Source of the DNA: a virus
Reading direction: 5' to 3' (one strand)
IMG/VR virus record: IMGVR_UViG_3300045988_008823
Coordinates: 1-18,421 of that record
Length of the DNA: 18,421 nt
The notes below the pieces were generated by a model. That model saw only the letters and a list, made by a program, of their open reading frames with translations, had not been told where the DNA came from and did not search any database. Position numbers and translations under genes: made by a program. Each line of letters begins with the position of its first letter. Position 1 is the stretch's first letter. This document shows positions 1 to 5,646 of the stretch, piece by piece.

Positions 1-35
1 AGTGACTGGAGTTCAGACGTGTGCTCTTCCGATCT
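1..35. other. Illumina TruSeq-type sequencing adapter (technical, not biological)
   Basis: Reads AGTGACTGGAGTTCAGACGTGTGCTCTTCCGATCT, which is the TruSeq read-2 adapter sequence. Its exact reverse complement is at 18387..18421. Confidence 0.97.
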
Positions 36-169
36 AAAAGGAGGGGAGGGGTCCCTGGAGCTAGTCTTTTTCCACGGCTGCTCTGTTGTGTATTTCGTTC
101 TTGTTCTCTGCCCTGTGTTTTTTATTATCGTTCCTGCCCTGCCGTTGTATATCTCCTTTGTTGTCTTCT

Positions 170-197
170 ATTTTACCTACTTTGGTTTCATTGTCAA
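170..197 (-). promoter_or_regulatory. Outward-facing consensus promoter in the left ITR
   Basis: The minus strand reads TTGACA (197..192), 16-nt spacer, TAAAAT (175..170). The predicted start near 163 transcribes toward the genome terminus at 36. Confidence 0.4.
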
Positions 198-244
198 TCC
201 GGCGTGTCGTTTTGTGTTATATTTTAAGTGCGTATTTTGTGTTT

Positions 245-274
245 TTGCTAAAAACGTTTTACTTTGTCGATAAT
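245..274 (+). promoter_or_regulatory. Candidate inward sigma-70-type promoter inside the ITR (mirrored on - strand at 18148..18177)
   Basis: TTGCTA (245..250), 18-nt spacer, GATAAT (269..274), pointing toward the first gene. Confidence 0.35.
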
Positions 275-332
275 CTAAGCGCGTAGTTTTCTCATTGTTT
301 TTTGCGTCTCTCGGTGTGTTGTTTTTGGTGTG

Positions 333-341
333 TGGTATGAT
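333..341 (+). promoter_or_regulatory. Extended -10 box TGGTATGAT at the inner edge of the ITR (mirrored on - strand at 18081..18089)
   Basis: TGnTATGAT lies about 20 nt upstream of the SD GGGAGG (359..364) and would drive the first gene at each genome end. Confidence 0.4.
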
Positions 342-373
342 GAAAGTATCAACCACGAGGGAGGTAAATTGAT

Positions 374-604
374 ATGTGGTATTTTGTTATAACCAATGAT
401 GGGTTTCAGGTGTTTGAAGTTCTATCTGATTGTGTAAAGCCGAGCGGTATGTTTCTTACGGTGTCCCTGAAATCCTCGTTAGACGGGGTGCTGTCTTATG
501 TCAGGCATATGTACGTCGGAATGAACGTAGACGTGAATATCGATAATGCCACGTTTGATATGGATAGTACTATGGTTGGCATGGTTAAGGTGGTGCTAGT
601 ATAA
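374..604 (+). CDS. Hypothetical early protein (76 aa)
   Basis: The ATG lies 9 nt after GGGAGG (359..364), which is inside the ITR. The stop overlaps the next ATG (ATAATG at 601..606). No family recognised. Confidence 0.6.
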   Translation: MWYFVITNDGFQVFEVLSDCVKPSGMFLTVSLKSSLDGVLSYVRHMYVGMNVDVNIDNATFDMDSTMVGMVKVVLV

Positions 605-771
605 TGGTTGGCATGATTGTTGCCGTTTGCATACTTTCAGCGTTGTTTCTTACAGCGGCTGCTATGGTGTTTTGTGAACTGCCGCGTGATTGGCGTGATG
701 CTTTTTGTTTTTTGGTCATGCTTGCTGTAAGCGTGACTGTTGTTTTTGTTTTCGCAATGAAAGGTTTTTGA
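604..771 (+). CDS. Small two-helix membrane protein (55 aa), absent from the supplied ORF track
   Basis: My own translation is MVGMIVAVCILSALFLTAAAMVFCELPRDWRDAFCFLVMLAVSVTVVFVFAMKGF, two hydrophobic stretches around a charged loop. The ATG overlaps the upstream TAA, and the stop TGA (769..771) is followed 1 nt later by the next ATG, so the ORFs are tightly packed. Confidence 0.45.
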   Translation: MVGMIVAVCILSALFLTAAAMVFCELPRDWRDAFCFLVMLAVSVTVVFVFAMKGF

Positions 772-772
772 A

Positions 773-1018
773 ATGGCTAATACTGATATAATGATTGCTA
801 TATTTCCTTCGCTGTTTGAGGGAGGTAATGTGGGATTGTGGTATTGTCCTCACCGTCATCTGTATGAGTTGCGGTATGCCGTCCGATTCCGTACTTTAGC
901 TGGCCCTTGCAATGCGACTGCCTTGTGTGCGTACGACGCTGGGGACGGCAGTCAAGTGGTTGACCTTATGCTTGATGCTGTTGACATTGCCCGCACGCCA
1001 CTCTTAGATAGGGATTAG
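773..1018 (+). CDS. Hypothetical early protein (81 aa)
   Basis: GAAAGG lies 8 nt upstream and the ORF is tightly packed with its neighbours. No family recognised. Confidence 0.5.
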   Translation: MANTDIMIAIFPSLFEGGNVGLWYCPHRHLYELRYAVRFRTLAGPCNATALCAYDAGDGSQVVDLMLDAVDIARTPLLDRD

Positions 1019-1019
1019 C

Positions 1020-1223
1020 ATGTACTTTCGTTGTTGGATTCATTCATGGACTTGCGGCGATTGTCCTGACGCTGATATGTATTGGCGTCTGCGTGCGTTT
1101 TGGGCAGGGGTGAAGCATAAGGGTGACTCTTTCACGCCGCCGAAACGGTGCCCGAGTACCGACTTGTGGTTTGATATGTGGTGGTATGGTGCCGAGTCCG
1201 GCAATGAGGAATTGGAGTTTTAA
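1020..1223 (+). CDS. Hypothetical early protein (67 aa), Cys/Trp-rich
   Basis: Starts 1 nt after the upstream stop. CWIHSWTCGDC gives a C-x2-H-x3-C-x2-C pattern that could bind a metal. No family recognised. Confidence 0.5.
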   Translation: MYFRCWIHSWTCGDCPDADMYWRLRAFWAGVKHKGDSFTPPKRCPSTDLWFDMWWYGAESGNEELEF

Positions 1224-1225
1224 TT

Positions 1226-1759
1226 ATGAAATTGAAGAGTTTGAATTTTGATAAAAAAGCGAAAAAACGTACAAACTGGTTCGATGATGGCGTGCTGGAT
1301 GATGACCGTGTGCGTCGTGTAATTCGTGGTCGTCGCCGTAATCTGCACTTGCGGGAATACAACCGAGGTGAGGGCGATTGGGAAACATTATGTCGTAGTA
1401 TAGCTCTGCTCAAGGTCTTTTATAAGCCTCAAGGTGCGCAGGTGGCGTTTGCTGATGGCATCGAACATGCGGCAAATGTTTGCCTATCATTGTCCCCCCG
1501 CACGTCGCGCATCGGCGCGTTGGCGCGAACTCAGGACATTGAAATGCTGGGCGGCGTCATTTATTCCCCGGCTATGGTGGCGTGGTGCGCCGTCTGCCAC
1601 GTCAAAGGTGCGACATGCTATGAAATGTGCAAAGTCTGGGATGGCAACGAATTTGCTCAGACCATCGTTAAAATCGCGTGTCGTTGTTTTGACAATCTGA
1701 CAGATGTGCGGTATACTGATGAAGACATTGCAAGAATGTCGCAACAGCAGCAACAATAA
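1226..1759 (+). CDS. Hypothetical early protein (177 aa)
   Basis: GGAG lies 10 nt upstream of the ATG. It has a basic N-terminus (KKAKKR, RGRRR) and a poly-Q C-terminus. No family recognised. Confidence 0.65.
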   Translation: MKLKSLNFDKKAKKRTNWFDDGVLDDDRVRRVIRGRRRNLHLREYNRGEGDWETLCRSIALLKVFYKPQGAQVAFADGIEHAANVCLSLSPRTSRIGALARTQDIEMLGGVIYSPAMVAWCAVCHVKGATCYEMCKVWDGNEFAQTIVKIACRCFDNLTDVRYTDEDIARMSQQQQQ

Positions 1760-1775
1760 GATAAGGCAGTACGAT

Positions 1776-2090
1776 ATGGCATACATTAAGAGAGCTAAGC
1801 ATTACAGTATTGTGCGCGGCATCACGCGCGGTGAGAACGGTGGACTCATTGACACTGAGGTAGTTGTGAATGGCGCGTGTCGTACGGCTGACATGGCTAT
1901 GAAAAAAGCCCGCAAAATCAACAAGGACATGCTACCTATGTCCGCCGAATATCATGCGCAGGCAACGCGCATGGATGAGGCGATTTATTGGGCTAATTGC
2001 GAATTTGGGGATGATACCATTGTTGACTATCCGGGGCCGGTTAACGGCAACGTGGTCGAAGATGATATTATCTCCGAGGAAAATAATTAA
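1776..2090 (+). CDS. Hypothetical early protein (104 aa) with acidic C-terminal tail
   Basis: I use the internal ATG at 1776 (MAYIKRAK...) because the track start at 1704 overlaps the previous gene by 56 nt. The C-terminus is VVEDDIISEENN. Confidence 0.55.
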   Translation: MAYIKRAKHYSIVRGITRGENGGLIDTEVVVNGACRTADMAMKKARKINKDMLPMSAEYHAQATRMDEAIYWANCEFGDDTIVDYPGPVNGNVVEDDIISEENN

Positions 2091-2117
2091 TAATCCCTAT
2101 AAGGAAAGGCAACACTA

Positions 2118-2555
2118 ATGGCTGACAATGAACTGACCACAATGAACGGCAACAACTTTTCTGCGAACGGCACTAACGCCGTATCCCACTTCTTCGATAC
2201 TTCCACGATGGACGGCAAGATGGCGCTGTACAACGCCATGCAGACCGCCGATAAGGTAGATGAACACCTCAACGAGCCGTTGCATGTCACCAATGTGCTG
2301 GCACAGGCCATCGAAGTCGCCAATCAAGAGACCGGCGAAATCAATTCGTCCACCCGCGTCGTCATTCATGCGGAGGAGGGCAATTTTGCCGCCGCCTCCC
2401 CCACGCTGGCGCACGCATTTGGCAATCTGTTCGCTATTTTCGGTACGCCGGACACGTGGGATAAGCCGCTTGCCCTTAAGGTGGTGGAAAAGAAGAGTCG
2501 CCGTGGCTACAAGTTCTTCGACCTCGAACTGGTGTCGGAAAACAAGCGCAAGTAA
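2118..2555 (+). CDS. Abundant early protein, possibly an ssDNA-binding or replication accessory protein (145 aa)
   Basis: Strong SD AAGGAAAGG upstream and an intrinsic terminator just downstream. It sits immediately upstream of the terminal protein and polymerase genes, where phi29 has genes 6 and 5. The function is inferred from position only. Confidence 0.4.
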   Translation: MADNELTTMNGNNFSANGTNAVSHFFDTSTMDGKMALYNAMQTADKVDEHLNEPLHVTNVLAQAIEVANQETGEINSSTRVVIHAEEGNFAAASPTLAHAFGNLFAIFGTPDTWDKPLALKVVEKKSRRGYKFFDLELVSENKRK

Positions 2556-2617
2556 CACTATTGTCCGCACCGTATGATATCATGGCAATGTCCCTATAGG
2601 GATGTTGCCGCCAGACT

Positions 2618-2653
2618 CACCCCCCGCCGTTTCCATCCTTGCGGCGAGGGGTG
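2618..2653 (+). terminator. Intrinsic terminator or attenuator between the abundant early gene and the TP/polymerase genes
   Basis: CACCCC(C)CGCCG pairs with CGGCG(A)GGGGTG, giving 11 bp with one C/A mismatch and a 12-nt loop, followed by TTTCATACTT. Confidence 0.6.
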
Positions 2654-2675
2654 TTTCATACTTACAGGGGGAGCC

Positions 2676-3620
2676 GTGGCAAAACGCAAAAACCGCCGAC
2701 GCGCTGACAATCTGAAACGCAACGCCGCAATCAGGTCGGCACAGGTACGCCGAGAGCGGGCAGTCAGAGATTACAGTACCGGACGACTCCCCAAGAAAAT
2801 CACCGAAACGTTTTTAGGGAATCTCAGTGCCCAGCAACTTGAGCAGGTCGCACGACGTATCGGGCAGGAATTTGGGGAGCAACAGCGGGCATTAAGGGCG
2901 CGAGATAACGAGCCGTATCAGGTTGTTCCCGACGTCCATGTCACGAAACTTGACCGTGAGATGGCCGCGCGTCCTCTGATAAGCGATGCGGAAATCGCCG
3001 CCGCCCCGTCGAAACGTCGGAAAACATTGCGTCAGCAGCAGCGCCGCCGCATTAAGGCACGGCAGAAAATCAAGCGCGCCCAACAGTTCGAAGCCTTGAG
3101 TATGGCCCGCTATACCGTTGGTGAAATGCGTGAAATGGAACGCGCAGGGGAATCTCCGTTCGATGTGCTGGGCACTCACACGGTCGGTGGCTCGGCCCGC
3201 GACGAACTCATGCGAAGCCGTGCGAACGTGTTCGGCTCAGAGCGTGGTATAAGCCATGCACGTGCGATGATGCGAGAGGGGAGCCGTAGGAAACTTGAAC
3301 GAGAAGTGCTAGAATACGCCGGACTTATTGGACGTGCGCCATTACGCGCGGGAGCTAGGCGTATTCCCGAGAACGAGGGTGTTTCGGACTTCGATAAGGT
3401 CGCGCAACAGCTCGAAGCGTTCGACTCTAGCGTAGTTCAAAGATTCGCTGCCTTGTCGAACCGTCAAAAACGATGGCTGATAAACAACACGAATTTCAGC
3501 ACCGTAGTGCGCGAAGCAGCGTGGTATAATGATAAGACACACAAATGGGAAACTAAATCGGACGTCGGTGATGTAGAGACACGACTTGATGAATGGATGA
3601 CCAGCGCAGCAAGACGCTGA
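2676..3620 (+). CDS. Putative terminal (priming) protein (314 aa from the GTG start)
   Basis: Sits directly upstream of the protein-primed PolB, as phi29 gene 3 does. It is very basic, with NLS-like clusters (AKRKNRRRADNLKR and SKRRKTLRQQQRRRIKARQKIKR) of the kind described for phage terminal proteins. I chose GTG 2676, preceded by GGGGGAG, because the track start at 2574 has no SD and would put the terminator hairpin inside the coding sequence. Confidence 0.55.
   Translation: MAKRKNRRRADNLKRNAAIRSAQVRRERAVRDYSTGRLPKKITETFLGNLSAQQLEQVARRIGQEFGEQQRALRARDNEPYQVVPDVHVTKLDREMAARPLISDAEIAAAPSKRRKTLRQQQRRRIKARQKIKRAQQFEALSMARYTVGEMREMERAGESPFDVLGTHTVGGSARDELMRSRANVFGSERGISHARAMMREGSRRKLEREVLEYAGLIGRAPLRAGARRIPENEGVSDFDKVAQQLEAFDSSVVQRFAALSNRQKRWLINNTNFSTVVREAAWYNDKTHKWETKSDVGDVETRLDEWMTSAARR
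3522..3530 (+). promoter_or_regulatory. Extended -10 box TGGTATAAT about 105 nt upstream of the polymerase start
   Basis: Perfect TGnTATAAT inside the 3' end of the putative TP gene. Confidence 0.3.
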
Positions 3621-3635
3621 AAAAAGGATGGAATC

Positions 3636-5096
3636 ATGCGAGAGCGTCGAACGGCGGCAACAGACGGCGCGGCACTATTGACGGATGACGGCATAACGCC
3701 ATTTACGGCGAACGCCATTATTCGGCTGACCATGCTTGACCACCATACGCGCGTATGGTGCGCCCATGGGTGGCAGGATATCAAGCCTATAGCGGCCGAG
3801 CTGTTGAGGCGCCTCCCCTTGCAATCGAACCCGGCCAAGGATGGAGTTTGGGGCACTTTCAATATTCGTGGCCATTTCTACAGCTTCCGCGTGCGCATGG
3901 GCGGTATCACCGTGGATTTTCTGGACGTGCGCAACATTACACGCGATGACGGATTGAATGTCTCACGTGAAACATTCGGTGGCGCTGATGACTTGGAAAC
4001 CACGTGGAACATCGCGCAGGAATGCGACGCCCTGAATCTCAAGGGCACTACAATCGCGTCTATGGCGATGGGGGATTATATCGGGGGGGACTATGCCGGA
4101 TTCAAACGTCATTTCCCGCCATTGGATAAAGCGGAATATCATCGGATACGCCCCGCATACTATGGGGCGATAGTGTACAGCAGGCCGGGCGAATACCGGG
4201 ATTGCAAGAGTTGGGATGTGAACAGTCTTTATCCGAGTATCATGCGCGACTTTGCTATGCCGGTAGGCTCCCCTATATGGTACGAGGGAGAATATCATTA
4301 TGATGCCGATTACCCGCTGCATATCGATGTTATCACGTTCGATGCGCGCCTGAAGCTAGGGAAAACGGCGACGCTCACAAACATCCTACCAGTATGGGGG
4401 TACGAGGGCGAACGTTTGGATAGTACGCTAGGCGTCGTCACCATGCCCGTCACCAATGTAGACTGGCAGACGCTTGTGGAAAACTATGATGTCCATGTGT
4501 GGGATTATGTTGGCGGCTGGAAATTCCGTAAATCGCATGGACTCTATTACAACTACGTTGATAAATGGTTTCACGTGAAACAAACCGCAACCGGTGAACG
4601 TCGTCAGATGGCGAAATTATTACTGAACTCGTTGGTGGGAAAATTCGGGGCCTCGCTTTATCGGCCTATGCTGCACCCGAAGCCTTCTGGTGATGGCGGC
4701 GTGGATTTTACTGTGGACAAGCCCGAGTTAACAAACTCACTCGCATGGCTACCGACTGCGGCATATGTCAACGCCTACGGTCGGCAAATATTGTCCAGCG
4801 CGATGAACGCGAACGCCGGTCGTGTGCTCTACGCCGACACGGACGGCATGATATTGGACGGGTCAGATGCGCCCGCAGATATCGAAACGGACGATAAGAA
4901 ACTGGGCGCGTGGAAAAACGACCATACCTATGAAAAACTTCGCATTCTCGGTAATCGCAAATACTGCGGTGTGGAAACGGACGGTGGTACGGTGATGCGG
5001 TTGAGTGGCGTGCATCGGGCAGCGCCTATCCCCTACAACGATTTTCTACCGAGGTCACGCCATGTAAATGATGACGGATGTTTTTTTGTGCTATAA
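3636..5096 (+). CDS. Protein-primed family-B DNA polymerase (486 aa)
   Basis: SD AAGGATGG upstream. Motif A is WDVNSLYPS (4215..4238; phi29 DVNSLYPA), motif B is KLLLNSLVGKFG (4614..4649; phi29 KLMLNSLYGKFA) and motif C is LYADTDG (4830..4847; phi29 YCDTDS). It also has a YxGA pre-motif (PAYYGAIVY) and a KxY motif (NRKYCG). Confidence 0.95.
   Translation: MRERRTAATDGAALLTDDGITPFTANAIIRLTMLDHHTRVWCAHGWQDIKPIAAELLRRLPLQSNPAKDGVWGTFNIRGHFYSFRVRMGGITVDFLDVRNITRDDGLNVSRETFGGADDLETTWNIAQECDALNLKGTTIASMAMGDYIGGDYAGFKRHFPPLDKAEYHRIRPAYYGAIVYSRPGEYRDCKSWDVNSLYPSIMRDFAMPVGSPIWYEGEYHYDADYPLHIDVITFDARLKLGKTATLTNILPVWGYEGERLDSTLGVVTMPVTNVDWQTLVENYDVHVWDYVGGWKFRKSHGLYYNYVDKWFHVKQTATGERRQMAKLLLNSLVGKFGASLYRPMLHPKPSGDGGVDFTVDKPELTNSLAWLPTAAYVNAYGRQILSSAMNANAGRVLYADTDGMILDGSDAPADIETDDKKLGAWKNDHTYEKLRILGNRKYCGVETDGGTVMRLSGVHRAAPIPYNDFLPRSRHVNDDGCFFVL
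3960..3973. repeat. Near-perfect (13/14) copy of the palindrome: GTCTCACGTGAAAC
   Basis: Lies inside the polymerase gene (codons VSRET). A half-site-like GAAACCACGTGGAAC lies at 3996..4010. Confidence 0.6.
4568..4581. repeat. Perfect 14-bp palindrome GTTTCACGTGAAAC, copy 1
   Basis: Lies inside the polymerase gene (codons W-F-H-V-K-Q), in a different reading frame relative to the motif from the 3960 and 7611 copies. Confidence 0.9.
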
Positions 5097-5097
5097 T
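5089..5097 (+). promoter_or_regulatory. Extended -10 box TGCTATAAT overlapping the polymerase stop codon
   Basis: Perfect TGnTATAAT. The predicted start near 5104 is at the 5' edge of the structured intergenic region. Confidence 0.45.
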
Positions 5098-5103
5098 GAC
5101 CGG

Positions 5104-5262
5104 TAGCGGGGTGTGCGTCCCAAGCCGATTCAATGGCCCGACCGGCAGGCAATCGGTAAGGCGATTCGGTCGGATGTAGACGTGCGTAGCCAACGCCCAT
5201 TGACGGCGAGGGAACCCGCACAGCCTAGCAATCCGGCACGGCAGCGTGATTGCTGCCGTGCC
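5104..5262 (+). ncRNA. Candidate structured RNA of about 160 nt (pRNA candidate or late-operon leader)
   Basis: A 186-nt gap with no credible ORF. Helices seen by eye are 5109..5117 with 5217..5225, 5138..5144 with 5167..5173, 5151..5155 with 5162..5166 (loop GTAAGG) and 5184..5187 with 5193..5196. A terminal perfect 11-bp hairpin pairs 5235..5245 with 5252..5262. Confidence 0.35.
5235..5262 (+). terminator. GC-rich perfect hairpin without a U-tract (terminator, RNA 3' end or stabiliser)
   Basis: GGCACGGCAGC, loop GTGATT, GCTGCCGTGCC, followed by ATCTACC and the scaffold-gene SD. Confidence 0.5.
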
Positions 5263-5282
5263 ATCTACCTTAAGAGGTGATT

Positions 5283-5624
5283 ATGGACGACACCGAAAAC
5301 GACGACAAGCCGGACACCACGCCCAATACCGAATCGGACGTGACCGCCGACGACAATACGCCGAACCCAGAGCCTGAAACGCAGGACGATAACGAACCTG
5401 AAGACGCAGGCGACGATAAGAACGCCGACATGGCCGACCGGTTGAGCGCATTGGAGGCGACAGTGGCGGAACTGTCCAAAACCGTCGAAGCGATGCGCGA
5501 CGCCGCCGCCGACCACGTGCTGAACGATGGCCCAGATGACAATGCGACGCCGGAATCGGCTGAAATGACCGACGACGACTACAACGGCACCTACAGCACT
5601 TTCGATGACTTGTACGAAGACTGA
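5283..5624 (+). CDS. Putative scaffolding protein (113 aa), acidic with a helical segment
   Basis: ATG 5283 follows AAGAGGTGA; the track start at 5277 is a GTG inside that SD. The protein is highly acidic, with a heptad-like helix ADRLSALEATVAELSKTVEAMRDAAA. It sits immediately upstream of the capsid gene, as phi29 gp7 does. Confidence 0.55.
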   Translation: MDDTENDDKPDTTPNTESDVTADDNTPNPEPETQDDNEPEDAGDDKNADMADRLSALEATVAELSKTVEAMRDAAADHVLNDGPDDNATPESAEMTDDDYNGTYSTFDDLYED

Positions 5625-5646
5625 CAATTAGGAAGGAATAACTATC

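Larger units (their letters stand above)
36..369. repeat. Left inverted terminal repeat (334 bp)
   Basis: Position x matches the reverse complement of position 18422-x from 36 to 369. The match breaks at 370 (t versus a). The identical ORF-track proteins at 19..273/18149..18403 and 86..286/18136..18336 confirm it. The repeat starts AAAAGGAGGGGAGGGG. Confidence 0.97.

Noticed and set aside
19-286. Track ORFs 19..273, 21..227 and 86..286 (+), with identical mirror ORFs at 18136..18403 (-).
   Set aside because: They begin inside the sequencing adapter and translate the T-rich ITR strand into Phe/Leu/Cys/Val low-complexity strings. They have no SD. They are duplicated only because the ITR is duplicated. 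I treat them as non-coding ITR.
3618-3638. The TP candidate and the polymerase are in the same reading frame, separated only by TGA plus five codons. The run TGAAAAAAGG contains an A-AAA-AAG-like heptamer. This suggested a TP-polymerase fusion by readthrough or frameshift, as in the linear plasmids that encode TP as an N-terminal domain of PolB.
   Set aside because: Sharing a frame has a one in three chance of occurring by accident. The slippery run lies after the stop codon in the zero frame, so it cannot rescue translation. A good SD (AAGGATGG) and ATG 3636 provide independent initiation. It is only worth a glance in proteomics data.
5033-5221. The 62-aa minus-strand ORF covering the polymerase/scaffold intergenic region.
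   Set aside because: It has no SD, an Arg/Pro/Gly-rich translation and the opposite orientation to all neighbouring genes. The region is better explained by RNA secondary structure.
5101-5230. I checked the structured intergenic region for a tRNA.
   Set aside because: I could find no 7-bp acceptor stem, no GTTCGAATC-like T-loop and no cloverleaf spacing.
5265-5627. Antisense or alternative-frame ORFs overlapping confident genes. Examples are 5265..5627 (-), 2115..2570 (-), 2260..2577 (+), 6673..7173 (-), 6945..7415 (-), 9141..9446 (-), 10221..10679 (-), 11716..12141 (-), 13339..13686 (-), 14555..14842 (+) and 15005..15313 (+).
   Set aside because: They are typical shadow ORFs of GC-rich coding sequence, with Arg/Gly/Val/Ser-rich translations. 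They have no SD and are fully embedded in genes with strong homology-type evidence.
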